From assembly GCA_015680685.1 (NCBI GenBank), contig MNCI01003349.1, forward strand, positions 126,049 through 190,048: 64,000 nucleotides of DNA. The letters run 5' to 3'. A model generated the notes under the pieces. That model was not told where the DNA came from. It made no database searches and saw only the letters and a list, made by a program, of their open reading frames with translations. Origin of the DNA: Gnetum montanum (lineage: Eukaryota > Plantae > Gnetophyta). Positions 1 to 13,980 of the stretch are shown here, one piece after another. The position numbers and the translations under genes were made by a program. Position 1 is the stretch's first letter. Each line of letters begins with the position of its first letter.

Positions 1-367
1 AAAGTAAATTGCATTTAAAGTAAATTGCTAGAAAGTAAAGTTAAACTAATTCAAGTGCTACAATGAATTGAAGAAATATTGATTTTATTTCCATTCATGC
101 AAATGTATCTAGGTACATGTTGCACTCAAATAAAATTCCATACAATCACTTTAATCCATGCTATGGGCACTTAGAGGGGAAAATTTACTAACTCTTGCGA
201 GGAGAAACTACAAGAGTCTAGCTAAGCTATGACCAAAAGATACCATAAATGCAATGGATAGGCACATTTATATAGGGAATGGTTGTATCAGTGTTGATGC
301 ACCTGCATTAATGCATCCTTAGTTACATCGACAGGGATGTGTTAATAGGCATGCATCGATGCAGTCA
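1..367 (-). mobile_element. Partial LTR (window-truncated) related to the Athila-like LTRs at 8547-9347 and 24981-25907
   Basis: Collinear similarity to 9060-9347 (aaatgt..caggtaca..ctc[a/g]aataaa..gggcac..aaact..ctaag..tttatatag). Ends in ...gcagtCA at 367. Confidence 0.5.
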
Positions 368-1214
368 CCTTATTGAAATTTTATCAAATTTATTAGATAG
401 AAATAGTAGCTAAGAGATATTGAGCTTCTACATCTAGTTTATTAGATCTAATGTGGTGTAAATAAAATTACCTTTCTTCTTCTATATTAGCCAACATCTG
501 TGTTAAAACTTTTTGCTTGACTAGTTGGTGAATATGCTTAGGATTTTTCTACACATCTTCCTAAGAGATATTCCATTTTCTTAACCATTGTATTCCATAA
601 AAATACTAATCATAGTCTTGCAAATCCTCAAGAACTACTTTAGAGAATTTATCTTGTTTTAAGATATTTAAGCTATGATTGTATGTAATGAATTGGGACA
701 AGGCTTCTCTCATATCATTTTCCTGCTGTGATCTTTGACCATTCTTGCGAAGCTTCGTTTGCATACTACTTTGGCTTGAATTCATCCTACCTTGGCTATT
801 CTATAATCTTGGTGTATTATATTAGTTTTTCCCACATTAATATTTTTCCTAGTCTTGTGATTATATTGACTTCAGTTTTCTCTCCCTATCTCAATTTTGG
901 ATTTTTCTCCTTCGTTGTCTAATTACATTCTAAACTCATTAAGCCCTTTCTTGTTGTTCCTCATTGACTCTTGTGATTCAGGAGTGTCTTCTAGCTAGTT
1001 CTCAATTTTTTCTAGCTAAAAAAGATGTTCTAAATCCTTGCCTAACATCTTTCATGAATCCATGTACCTCTATCAAGATGTCTCACTCATGTACAAGACG
1101 TCTCCCCCAAGATGTCTTACCCTACTTCTAGATGTCTTCTCCAACCTAGAGACATCTTTCCTGAGATGTCTTAACATCAACCAAGACATCTCTTGATTCC
1201 CAAGACATCTTATC

Positions 1215-1522
1215 CTAGATGTCACGACATCTCACCCAAGACATCCCATTTGAGGTGCCATTACATCTCATTTAAGACATCCTATTCTAAATGTCACGAC
1301 ATCTTTACCCAAGACATCCCATCTAAGATGTCATGACATCTTGCAGTTGACATCTTTCTCAAGATGTCACAATATCTCACCGGAGACTTCTTCCCTAATA
1401 TGTCATGACATCTTACTTGAGACTTCTTCCCTGAGATGTCATGACATCTTACCCGAGACTTGTTCCTTGAGATGTCATGACATCTCACCTAAGACTTCTA
1501 GTCTGATATGTCATGACATCTC
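1215..1522. repeat. 36-bp tandem repeat array (~8-9 copies) built on the palindrome AGATGTCATGACATCT
   Basis: Unit GAGACTTCTTCCCTGAGATGTCATGACATCTTACCC repeats in register. This gives the 12-aa periodic ORFs 1341-1550 and 1294-1488. More decayed copies extend back to ~1020. Confidence 0.85.
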
Positions 1523-3176
1523 TTTAAGATTTTTTCTACAACCTTGTTAAATCCTCTTTATTGTTGGGTTGATTTTGTTATTCTTCAGCCTAGTTGGCAT
1601 CTTGGAATATGGTTGAGTTATGTAAGCTTTCTTGGATATGGATTTTGGTTCCTCATGATGCTAGGTTACCAAGTGATGGAATTTTTCCTATTAGTGTCAT
1701 GTGAATTATTGGTTTGGTATCCTTACGAGGATCTCTTATATTATTGAATCTCTTAATGAGATGAAATCTCTTGTTCATTGTTGCCTCCACTATCAATTTG
1801 ATTGCCATGTTTTGTTTTGTTTGGTTGTAAGATGTTGGAACTAGCATTGAGACTGTATGGCTAGTTGGAGATGGGCTCCCTGCAGATGATTTCATATTTG
1901 ACACACACTATAGAGTGCACTAATGTAGCTCTTGCTGCAGGCCCCATCTTGCAAAAGGGAATGATTCCATATCTCATTGGTCCTTTTGATTTAGTTGTGC
2001 CTCTAGAATATTAGATGTGATGTCTTGGGTGATGCCTCTAGCTTCAATACATTTGGCGAGGTGATGTTTTGGGTGACATTTCACATCATAGTTAAGACTA
2101 ATAATAAATCCATGCACATGGTAATTTGATATTTGATTTGGATACATGTTGGTTTTGGCTTTTAGCAAGTACACATGACAATGTAACATACATATTGCAC
2201 TGAGTGTGGTGCATGCTAGCCTCCTTATTTGTGATGATGATGGTTGGAGTAGGCCAATCTTATCTTTGGCATTGTATGATGGATGGATGTTATGGCTGTA
2301 TATTTATATATTTGTATGGATATTTTGAGTGGTTCACTTGTGTGTTTTATTAAGCTAACATATTTTGCATGTTAGCCATGCTCCTCCTAATCCCCATGAG
2401 ATCAGGAGTCCATTTAGTAATTAGAGACATTGCCAAGGTTTCTCACTTAGTTTTATATTGATAGGTAACCTATTTTATTTTTAGGTTGATCAAGTTTTGC
2501 GGAGGGAAATGAAACTCTTGGAGGACTATGATGAGGATATGAGCTTGTTGATATTATGTATAAGTTTAGAGCTTTAGCTTTTAAATTTGACATTCTAGCA
2601 TTGTATGAGACATTAATTCTCTTTTTTATTTATGGATTTATGCATCATGTATGTTTTGGACTCATGATAATATGGTATTCATATATATTATGGAATTTAG
2701 TTTCACAATTTATGTTATCCTATTCTTTTCTAGCAATTTTATTCTTGTACAATTTTATATTCATGTATTTCTTTCTTCTATTGTTAGTTTTCTCTTCTTT
2801 TCTCTTGGGGTTTATGGCTTCATGATAGGTTCCCTGTTCCTTTCGTTGCATAGTTCATTATTCGCATTCCTTTCCATGACTAGTCATTTTGTTAAGGGTT
2901 CTATCCAATGCAATGCTCTCCAACCTAAGGTATGGGAAGGAGAGTGTTACAATGATAGTATAAAAAATTTTTTATTGACCTTCCAAGCTCAGAGACCTAA
3001 ATCCTTACACATGTTTGTAAAAACATATAAATCCTTGAAACCTCCTACTATTTTTTCTTTGAAGCACTTCCTTCACATATGATTGTTCATGTAAATGAGA
3101 CCTAAATATTTAAAAGAATCTATTATTTGCACATTTGTACTTCCAACATGGAACTTATAACTCTTATTTATTGTAT

Positions 3177-4790
3177 CTTAATCATTAATTTGGTTTTATC
3201 TACATTCACTTAAAGTCTAGATGAACGATAATAATTTTCTAAAATTTGCAACATATTTTGTATACTTTCTTTAGTAGTGGAGATCAAGGCAGCATCATCT
3301 ACATATAAAAGAAGATTTACTACTTAGGATCCAATTTTGATAACATAACTATCTTGTCTGTTACATAATCATTCCTACATTTCATCAATAAAGATACCAA
3401 AGAGAGTTGGAGAAAGTCTACAACTTTGCTTAACTCTAATTTTGCTTTAGAATTGAAAAATTTTCTCTAAATTGCTATCTATAATTTCAATAGTCACTTC
3501 CTCATATAATCTTTGAGTTTCTATAATTAAATCTAAAGGGAAGTCAATATTATGCAAGCATAACCATAGTTTTGTGTGGATCATTGAATCATATGCTTTT
3601 GCAAAATTAATAAAATAAATAAAAATTTTTTATTAGGTATTTTTGCAAACTCCATGTAGTGTCTAAGAATAACTAAGTGATCAATAGTAGAGTGATTTTG
3701 TTTAAAGCCTACTTGATAACTTGCCCTGACTTGGCTACCTCTAGCCCAAGAACTATTTCTTTTTCCTAGCAAAGTGCCCAACAAGTTAGCAAAAGTATTA
3801 CTCACAATGATCATTCAATAACTGTTTGAGTTATTTTTATCGCCATTTTATATAACAAGATAGCTTTACTAGTTTTCTAATGCCAGTTTAATCCTTGTTC
3901 CATTACTAAATTTAATTTGTGCCAAAGTTTTCTATGAATATCAAATCTTGTCCACTTTAATAATTCTACATATAAACCATTTGAATCTACAACTTTGCTA
4001 GATGCTACCTTTTTAATAACCTTTATGACTTCTTCAAGAGTAAATTGGAGAGTGCTTGCTATACAATAGTAGTAGATTATCATCTTGTCATGTAAATAGC
4101 TTATTGTAAAATGAAAAAATATCTTAAAAAGAAAAATTAAATGATGAAGAGGCTTTATGATGAAAACATTGCCAACACTTTCTATGTTCCTTTTTAATGG
4201 TGTAAGAAAAATATTTGTGTTGTTCCTTGATAAATTTCCTTTTCTTAGTTCTAATCAAACATTTATATGCCTTAACTAAACTTTATTTATGAATTTTATT
4301 TGTATTCTTAATATATAGCCTAGCTTGCATGCAATCCTCATCAAACCAAGTCTTTTGAGCACCTTGTTGTGAATGCATAACTTACTTAGCTACTGTAAGA
4401 AAAATTTGTTCAAGATCCTTATGTCATCTTTCAAGAGTCCATTTGTTATGCATTGCATTTATATATTTTTTCTTGAATGTTGGGGTGAGTTTATATTGAC
4501 ATTTTTTTCTATTCTTATTTTTTCTGTATGAGAAAAAATTTGAGTTTGTAAAAAAAAAAAAAAAAAAAAAACTAAATCTTCTACAATTGTTAACTCTTTA
4601 ATAAAATCAATATCTTCATAAGAACATAAAAAGATCAATGTAAGAGTTACCTTGAGGTCCTATAAAAATAAATGATGAAGATTGAAGAAATATAGCAAGT
4701 CCATTGCAAATTAAAATATCAAAAATTTTTCTCCATTCTAATAGTGGTTGACCCATCTTATTAATAGTGCCATTTGTAAAATGTTAAGTC
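3177..4790 (-). pseudogene. Degenerate non-LTR retrotransposon (LINE) ORF2: endonuclease remnant plus reverse transcriptase
   Basis: Minus-strand motifs QVGFKQNHSTIDHLVILR (3581-3814 ORF), RVKQSCRLSPTLFGIFID, LLLYVDDAALI (~3285-3315) and VNVDKTKLM; endonuclease-like NKMGQPLLEW..ILICNGL near 4700-4765. Many stops and frameshifts. Confidence 0.85.
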
Positions 4791-6404
4791 TAGTTCTGAT
4801 CTTCAATAATGTCTAAACTCCTAACATTTTATTTGGGCCTATTTTTGTATGGAGTTAAATAAATAGGTTTATTTATTTAATTTTATGCCTAGTTTATTGT
4901 GATAGTGTTAACATGTTTACCTTTTTGTTTCACATGTTTAATATGAGTTTTGTTATAATTTTATTTATGGTATTTTAAGGGGGGGTGTTGAAACCTAAAA
5001 TAATTATAATATAGGTATATCTAAAGATCTGTAACTTGGCATTGTCCACCAGAATTGAACCTATCATTTGAAGTTTTCAAACTAAGATTCTTATCACTAG
5101 GCTTACACCTCATTATTATTTACATTATTTTAGTTACATGGTTAGTGGTTATAGCATATTTTGCTTATTTGATTATATAGTATGCTTTGTTTCTTTTGGT
5201 AGTTAGTGAGTTTTTATGTATGTATTAATTTTATGTTAGGATAGTTAGATGTTAGTATTTAGTTTTTATTTTTGTTTCTTAATTTAGCTTCCTTTTTTTC
5301 TTATTTTTGTGGGTTATTAAGTTGGAATTTTCTAGACTAGGTTAAGTGAATCTAGAACCTTGTCTTTTATCTTTCTAGGGTTTTTCTTTTTTTACCTTAT
5401 TTAGTTTTGGAAAAATTCTTGGTTGAAATATAAAGCCTATTACCTATTAAATTTGATCATATAATATAGTTTTGCATATATTTAAAATCCAAAGCGAAAG
5501 CTCTAGTTGAGGCTACAATCATAGCAGTTAGATAGTAGTTCATGTGTTATTTTTGTTTTCATATGCGGTATGCATGTTGTATGTTCATCTACATCAAGTT
5601 AATTATAGCAATAACAAGGTGAGTTATTTTGGCCCCTTTCTTGTTTTCTAACTGATTCTTCTAGATGCTGAGAGAGATCTTGCTCTTGCTACATTAGCAA
5701 TGTTTTCTTATACTTTTAGACTTGGGTTTCCCTAGGTATTTTTTAGAGATTTGTATTTTATAGCTTGTAGTAGATTCATTTGGATTTGTAGGTGTCTATG
5801 ATAGAATTAGAGTTTTTATTTTAATGAATTTGTAATAATAGAATATGGATTTTATTTCTTATTAGGGAGATAGTTCTTCTATGAATAATTCTTGTATTTA
5901 AGTAAAGATTGTTTTTATGATGATTTGATTTTTTAGCAAATAATGAATTTCTACCTTTTTCATTAATATTGACATTTCTTTTATCATTAAAGATGATTTA
6001 CAGTTTTGTACGTAGCTTACATCATTTATTTGTTCGAGATGTTGGATTCCTTTGTTTGATGGCAATAGATTTTTTCAGTTTTGGTGCTTACTTGTAGATT
6101 TGGCTATCTCCTTTTAATTTCATAGTTTTCATTTTGTTTCAAGGGTTTATGGGTACTCGCCATTGGTTCTAATGAAACGCAGTTTTACGTTGCATCTTCA
6201 CAGTAGCCAATTTGTCCACCGAATGGCCAACATAGTCATTTGGTAGCAGCAGCAGCAAGTGCGTAGCTTCCCCCAACATTTTTTAGCATTCAAGGACATC
6301 GTGACTATCACCACGATCATTAGTAGACATCATGACTTTTTTGTACAGATCGTGATATCCATAACAACCTATTTTAAGTCAGGACATGCTTCACAAGATG
6401 AAGC

Positions 6405-7577
6405 TCAAAGTTGTGACATCCTTGGGTTACCTTGGGGATAAGGTAACTGACGGGGTGCTTGCCATTTGTTAAGTCTTGGGTTGAGTGCATACACCCCAGA
6501 CTCTTGTAGATGTGAGATTATTGGGCAACATCTCTTAGGATGGTCATATTGGCATATCTCACATCCACCGTCATTGTCTATATCTGAGTCCACAACCTCT
6601 TCAGTGATAGCCATTTTACCCTTACCTTTGTTATGTGCATTGACCACTTCTCTCTTCTTCTTTTTATCATAGTCAGTACTTCACTCCTTAGACTCCTCTA
6701 TGATTTTTAGAATGATTTCAAATCTACTATCTAAGGAGTCCCACATTTGATCTACCTTAGCCAACACCTCTGTTGTTAATTTCTAAAGCGGCAAGGTTTT
6801 CCTACTCACCAACTCTTCGAGTGGTGACTCATCCTCCTCCTCACAGAATCTCACCCTCTTTCGGAGGGAAGGATTGCAGTTATACTCTTCTGTGCTTTCT
6901 CTCTTGCATAGCTCTCCTTCTTCCTTAGCTACTTGCTCCAAAAATCTATGGATATGATGGGAGCTAAGCTCAGATAATCTCCCTTGGGCATATGTTCCAA
7001 GGGTTCTCCTAGTTTCATGCCTAAGTCCATCTACGAGATGGCGTAGTTGATCCTGCTGTGAGTAACCATGGCCTAGGCAATGATGTAATAGTGTATAATA
7101 ATGGCCCATGCCAGCATCCAAGGATTTATGAGACCCCTGCTTCCATCCTTGGATTTGTTTTCACAGGTTGGACACTCGGGAGTACGTTTGATACTTAACG
7201 TTAAATAGTTCTGGCATCGTACTCCACCTCCTAATGGTTTCTGGTTCTAAGGACCGATACCAGCTTTCTGCTTTCTTTATGAGTGTCCTTGGAAATAACT
7301 TTAATTTTTTCCACTCATTTTCAATATTCTGCAAGGCATAGGCATCATGAAATGCCTGTAAGTGGTTCTGCGGATCAGCGTTGTATCCCCCCTCAAATCG
7401 TGGGATATTATTCATGTCTAGTCTCTTGATCCGGATATCTTTTTGATGCCTTGTAGGTATTCTAACAGCCTCCGTGATGTCTAACATGTTTTGGGTTGCA
7501 AGTAGGGGTTCTTTCTTTGTCATTTCTCTCATAGCATCTATGATGTCTATGCAGTTCCCTACTCTCCCTTCTTCCAT
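6405..7577 (-). pseudogene. gag: Retrotransposon Gag with Athila-type zinc knuckle
   Basis: IPRFEGGYNADPQNHLQAF..KLKLFPRTLIKKAESWYRSLEPETIRRWSTMPELF (Retrotrans_gag-like) and CEICQYDHPKRCCP (CX2CX3HX4C). Three ORFs (7161-7577, 6783-7121, 6405-6647) lie in one frame, separated by stops. Confidence 0.85.
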
Positions 7578-8527
7578 GCCTTGGTTCTTTCAAGTGCCCT
7601 CATCCTCACTCTTGACTCTCTCGTTGAGGTTTCTCACTATCTTTACCCTTATCCTCACAGTTAGGTTCTTTGTGACTACGTCCTGATGTTGAAGGAGAGG
7701 GTGAATGTGATGATGAAGGCGAAGAAGAAGGAGAACCATCACCATGACGATGTTCTCTACCTTCTCTTCTGTGGTCCTAGCCCTAATCGTGATGATGATC
7801 AGAATGCTCACCCTTGTCATGTGTTTATGTTCCCTAGTTGAACACTTGGTGTTCATGGGGATCAGAACCAAGGTTGTGAATCATGGAGCATAGGTTTTGA
7901 TACACCGCCTCCTAACCATCATTAGGAGGGGGAACATTGTTTTGTGGAGAACCTATAAAAACAGGTTCACCACCCTCAATTTCATTTAAGATGGGTGAAG
8001 CATTACGGGGGCCTTTGCCCTTCAATGATATGTGGTAATTCTCTTACTGTGAGTCCCATTGACATTGCGCTTTTGTGGGATGGTAGTCCCTTGTGTTGTA
8101 ATCACATGCAATGTACTCAACGTATAATTGCAACATGCCTATTCGTGCGAGGGCACGAAGGAGCATGTTGGTGGCAGCTCTGTCTGGAGGCAACACTATG
8201 TTACCCTCCAAGTCTCTCCAACGTAGTTGTTCATCTTGATGGAAGAAAAAGGTAAAGTTAGGTATATATTCATCATGATGAATATATACCACACTGAATT
8301 GTTGAGGAACTGGTGGATTTTGGTTATGTGTGTTGTGCCGCCGATTGTCTCTAGTGTTATTTCTAGGCAGCGAAGTGCTTTTGTTTGAAGACGAAGACAT
8401 TTTATTCTTGTTCAGTGTGCTATTTACCATTATGTTATTTTTCTCTTGATTAACCCTAAGGATTCATTTAAGCTTTCCAATGATGTAAATGATTTCGTAT
8501 GTTCTACGTAGCGCACAAACAACTAAG

Positions 8528-8545
8528 TCCCTGGCAACGGTGCCA
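8528..8545 (-). promoter_or_regulatory. Primer-binding site complementary to tRNA-Asp
   Basis: Minus strand TGGCACCGTTGCCAGGGA is a 16/18 match to the Athila PBS TGGCGCCGTTGCCGGGGA, 1 nt from the LTR end. Confidence 0.9.
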
Positions 8546-8546
8546 A

Positions 8547-9347
8547 TGATGAGTGGCGAGGTACCCCTACACTCAACCATAAGAATATGAGCGTTACATG
8601 CCTGATTCAGTTAAACTCCAAGGACCAAGTGCTTATGCGCCTTATGGAACACTTAAGGTTAATCAATCATTGTCTTCCCAGATTTACTTGTATTGTCACG
8701 GTTGTATGGTTAAGTAAGTCTGAGGTATATAATTTTTATGTCTTTTATCTTTTTATCGCCTATGCTAAGAGGAGAAAGGGTGAAGAGACTAAGTAACTAA
8801 CTTTCACTAACTAAGCTCTAATTGTCCTAGCATCAGTATTCGTTCCCTCTTGCCGTACAAACCTTGAACTAGTGCAACACTATTGGGATTACCAAACTCT
8901 ATTCGTTACTGGGTTACCAAGTGTAGCACACATGCTCGAAATGGTTGTACTGAATGCACTTAACTAGGAGAGTTAAGGGTTGAGAGAGATTAATTATCTA
9001 GAAAGCATTTAAGCATTAACAATAATTAAATCATATTTAGCTTAGTCCATGCACTGCAAGGTTTATTAGAAAGTTTGTCTTTATTTCTGTACACAAATGT
9101 GTGCTCAGGTACAATTTGCTCGAATAAAGATCCGTTCACTTTGAGACTCCTATTGCGGGCACATGGAAATTATTCTATCTATGGAATGGTAAAACTGCCA
9201 GATTTTAGCTAAGGGTCTAGATCTAGATGATCTTACAAGGAAAAGCCGCCTCTTATTTATAGAGAAGGTGATGGGCTGCAATATCGTGTACGTGATATCG
9301 TAGGGGCTGACGCGATATCGCGGTCCATGCGATATCGCGTCCCATCA
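8547..9347 (-). repeat. 5' LTR (801 bp) of the Athila-like element
   Basis: TGATG...CATCA termini; homologous to the solo LTR at 24981-25907. Confidence 0.9.
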
Positions 9348-12070
9348 ATTGTGACATAGTTGGAGATGATATCTTTCATAGTTTTCAAGAAGATATTTAA
9401 AATTTTCTCTTAGTACAAATATTAATAAAGGTATCATTTGTCTTCATCCTAAGAATGGATATCTTCAACATATTGATAATTGGAGGCCTATTACTCTATT
9501 TAATAATACTTATAAAATCTTAGCTAAATGCATAACTTGATGAATTCAAAAGATTATTAAAGAAATCATCTAACATGACTAGAATGGTTTTTAGAGGCAG
9601 AAATATCTTAAATAATATTATTGTAGATTGAAAAGGAATGTAGTGGGCTTCTTGCCACATCTCCATTTTCAATTAATGTTGTTCTATAACAAAGATGATG
9701 TCTCTTCATAATAAGCATTATAATTATTATAATAGGATCCAAAAGGCCATGTTGTAATTAAGACCTAAAAGGGTACATGTAATAATGGCCATGTCTCTTA
9801 AGGTGACCTTTGAGGATTTGAATTAAGTTATTTATACTTAGAAATTAGAAGCTGTATTGGTATGGAGTTGCAGAGCTTGTAAAGATGTGTAACAAGTGCT
9901 AGGTGAAATGAGATAGAAAGGTGATTGACCATCCCTTCTAGTTGGTTACAAGTCTAACCATGGTACAATGTAAGATTAACTTTAAGGGATAGATGCAGAA
10001 GGAAGATAACCCCAACGTATCCTCAAATAATTATCGAGATACATTATTTTCACACTAATAAAGCATTCTTTTCATTTTCATTATGCATTTTCCCTATCAT
10101 TTTCTTTATGCATAATATCAAATGTTATGAATATTTGATTTTTACAAAAATATTTGGGAATTGGATGTTACATTTAGTATCAAAGTAAATCACAACCCAA
10201 GGACCAATCAAAATCAAAGGTTGACTATAATCCAATGATGTATCATGGAGCTATGAACCACTACTAGATGCACCTTAAGTCAAGACCACACATCTACAAG
10301 ACAACCATTAGTGCACATCATGTTTAAGATGGATGTCACTAGCCAATAAGATTCTTTCATAGTAGCTCTCATGCATATTAGTGACTAGAGATCTGATTAC
10401 TGCTCAACAAGGTACATTGCCTATAGGAGACATTGGTAAGAGAAGGATACACTAGTGTAGGTCCCTCTTACCCATCTTGTAGTATTATTATAATGTTAAT
10501 TAATTAATGTGATTGTTAAGTTTTTCCCTAATACTAGTAACCATGGCCTAAGTCTTAGGACTTTATCTCTTTTAGAACTTATCATCCACCTCTACCTATA
10601 ATCTATGCATAGGTAATTTTAAGGAATTTAACCTAGCCATAAGATTATCTTATCTCAATTTTACTAGTAAGTGTTAGTACTAAGAATTTCATAGGGAAAC
10701 TAATACTTAATGGGTAATGTTGTTTTTGATTCTTAGTGCCTTGCTAGGGTATAACCATAATGCAAGATGATAGGCCTACATCACATTTGTAAAGTTGTAA
10801 GGGTATACATGTTACATTTTACCCTAGAGTCACTGTATCATTATAATCAAGCTTAAGTCATCAAGAAGTTCACATGTCATCCATATATTAGCTTAGTAAT
10901 GTTAATTCAAAAAAAGGCCATTTTGATCTTTTCAAATCATAAAACTACAACTTATTTCTTGGACCTTGAAATTATATTCAACACATAGTACTTGTTGAAA
11001 TGATTCCATCAGTAAAAATTTCATCTCAATTGGACTTATGATTTGGGCAATATCACTATTGAAAGTTTCTCATAATGCAAGCATAGAATCTAGAATCTTC
11101 ATTTAGCCAAATCAAACTTTTACCCATAATCTAACAAATCCACCACGTTAACCACCTACATAGGATTTATTAAAATAATGTTAACAAGTTAAAACATAAT
11201 CTTTAAATTTTTGCTTAGACGACATCAACCCACCTAGCATCATGATGCTCTTGCAATAGGCCTTGTAGCTCATACAGGGTCAAGTAGACCTACATTGAGT
11301 CATGCAAGCTTGTTAAGGGTTGTTCTGGACCATTAAAGGTCACACTAGGACTTTTGCATACCATCATCATCCTTCTCAGCATTGTTGTCCTCCTTTACAT
11401 TTTCCTCACCATTATTAACCATCCACCTTTGTGCTCTACCATTGTTGCCTACTATTACTTGGTTTACTTGCTATCGTTGGCCACATAATAGGTGTAGTAT
11501 AGTGTACATGAAAGCCTTGCTACTACATGTCCTTCTTCTTGCCACTGCTACGATGGATCACATCCTTTATTTGCAGCACTATTACCATGGAATCCACCCC
11601 TTTCTTCACTACTATTTTCATCATGATTTCTACCTTTCTTATCACCATTTCCATCATCTTTCTTGCTATCATCTGTGTCATCCAACATGTCATTACCATG
11701 ATCGACACCACTACCACGATTAATGCCATTGCTATTGTAGCCTTTAAAAAAATGTTAGAAATTTCGAGTCTATGGTTTCTATGAGCATTAGTAGCACCAT
11801 TGGATACTGCCTTCTCTAGTGACCATCAACACCTACAAATACTACATTTTTCAACAATATTAGAAACTAAAAATTTCTTCATCAATTGGTGAAAAATTTG
11901 AAATTTTTCATCAATTGACAGAAAATTGCACAAAATGTCAAATAAAGAAAAAATTTTAGATTTAATGTTTTAGTGCAGAAAAAGAAAGAAAAATTCATAT
12001 AATAAAATATAATAAATTTAATCAAATAGTTAGATTAATGGATTAGAAAAGACAAAGAAAAAAATTCTAT

Positions 12071-12124
12071 AATTAACCATGCTTGCTCTAGAGTAGTATT
12101 GGTATGGGTGACCACTTGGAAAAC
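12071..12124 (+). promoter_or_regulatory. 5S rRNA-derived segment (box A-IE-box C internal control region) inside element A
   Basis: Ungapped 40/54 match to plant 5S AGTTAAGCGTGCTTGGGCGAGAGTAGTACTAGGATGGGTGACCTCCTGGGAAGT. Confidence 0.8.
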
Positions 12125-12890
12125 TCTTAGGAAGTCTCAAGTTTTATGCATAAACGTTTTAACTTTGAAAGTCATCATTTTTGATTTTAGAATTCTTCTT
12201 CAGTAAATGAAGGATAATTTCCAATAGATTTTGATCTTTTGGATGTAATGACAAAGTTAGACCTATGTTGTAGAGCTCTAAGAATTAGTTTTTAATCTTT
12301 GTCCCAACACTATGCCTCAAGACCCTCGGATGCTTAATTTGGCATAACTTAGGCATACAATGTCCATTTGTAGCATATAAATAGTCATTTAAAGTATTTT
12401 TCAGCATTTTAAACTTAATGGTAAGGTTAGATTAATCATTTGAGTAAATAATTTGAAAAAATCTTACATTATGTCTTAATAGGTCATAACTTAGACTGAC
12501 TAACCATTCCTAATGATTTAATTGTTGGAACTATTAAATCTAACATCTTTGGTTATCTTGGATCTTAAGTTGAGGTGGTTAACCTCTATAGATAGATAGA
12601 GATCTCCAACCCCTAGTTTGTTGTTAGTTACACTATTAGAGTAAATGTTTTAGGAGAGGTAAAAAGATCATTAAGAGTCTAGGTAAAGTAGCCGATGTTA
12701 ATGACCTAAAAAATCAATTAGTTAAAGAATTATTTGTTGAACTAGAATGGTTAAGAATATGTATGCCAATTCAGCCTACAACTAGATCATGCAGTAGACA
12801 TCAATCATCACATAGAATCATAATCTTGTTTTGACTAGGTATATGATACTCACAAGGAAAAATGACATAAAAAAGAATCCAAGGACAAGA

Positions 12891-13980
12891 ATGAAAGTGA
12901 GAACATATAATGTGCTTGTACAATTCCTAAAATGTGAAAAGATAACATTCACTTGCTCTACCTTGGACCTTAGACTTGCATGGGTACATATACCCATGCA
13001 TCTTAGAAGAATTACAAGATTTAAATGCTCATGTATTATGCCATGAAAATTCTTATATCAATACCAACCCCATTTGAAAAATGTTGGATATGAAGGTATT
13101 TACAAGTAAAAATAAAAATAAAAATTCTTGTGAAGTTCTTCTTTTGAGTCATATGGATTATTCTATTGGAGGAATCACAACATGGATAATTGCATGATCT
13201 TTTACATGGAAGCCAAGTTTGAATTAGTAGAAAGATTTAAATGAAGATTAGAGGATATAATTTTCAAAATTTTGGAACTTCAAGAGATGGAAAAGAAAGA
13301 ATGACCAAGATTCTAGAAAGCTAGATAGCCTTGGCATTAGTATTTAAAATGCAGTCATTATGAAGATGTGTATGTATCATCAACACACATTTAATTGCTA
13401 AATCAACATTTCCAGATATTAGACTTTTTCAAGTGGCCTACTTGATGAACCAAATAGAGAAAATTTTGAAAAATAAGTTATTCCTAACCCATACCGATCT
13501 TAATCCAATGCGATTCATCCTTTGTGGAGACTTTAATGTGAAAGTTAGAAGTAGCATTTATCAATTCTTAAAATATGAGCATGCAAAAGAATCATTGGAA
13601 GAGGAACCCAATTTGAACAAGATGTTCCCATTAATTCAACATTTAATTCCATTAACTAGTGTATATTTTACTTACTTTGAATCTTTAATAGACAAGTCAA
13701 ATCTTGAACTTTAAGAACAGATGATGTTGATGAATAATATTCACCAAGAATTATAATTTATCAACTATGCTACCAACACTATTAAAGAAGATTCAACATC
13801 ATTGTTCATGAGGATTCTAACTATATTTGGTATGATGCTCGATTCTTCCAAGTTACCAAGCTGTTAGAGTTAATTCTTAAGGAAGAAATTGAGAAGGAAG
13901 ATCAAGCCCTATCATCCCAAACAATGCCATCTGTCATATATCCCTTATGATGGAACTACAACTACTTCTATTAATTCATG
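12891..13980 (+). pseudogene. CCR4-like: Intronless CCR4-like deadenylase (EEP superfamily), disrupted; copy A
   Basis: MKVRTYNVL, DNCMIFYMEAKFELV, INTHL, FILCGDFN, IQHLIPLTSVY, NYA, ALSSQTMPS-(D)H-IPL. Stops and frameshifts present. Confidence 0.9.

Larger units (their letters stand above)
6150..9347 (-). mobile_element. Athila-like Ty3/gypsy element: 5' LTR, PBS and gag only; left end truncated, no pol and no second LTR
   Basis: LTR 8547-9347 (TGATG...CATCA), tRNA-Asp PBS, gag ORF pieces. Left boundary approximate. Confidence 0.8.

Noticed and set aside
1215-1522. CRISPR-like array (palindromic repeat with regular spacing)
   Set aside because: The 'spacers' are homologous to one another, there are no cas genes and the context is eukaryotic. 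It is a plain tandem repeat.
1560-2450. Possible plant mobile domain (PMD)-like coding remnant
   Set aside because: Only a faint 'GC....EWF' resemblance; not supportable without a profile search.
5043-5109. tRNA or tRNA-derived SINE on the minus strand (box A-like GCCTAGTGA, box B-like GGTTCAATTC)
   Set aside because: No convincing cloverleaf, tail or TSD; too decayed to call.
11382-11784. His/Met/Ile-rich overlapping ORFs
   Set aside because: They are products of CAT/CAC low-complexity sequence within element A and have no domain signal.
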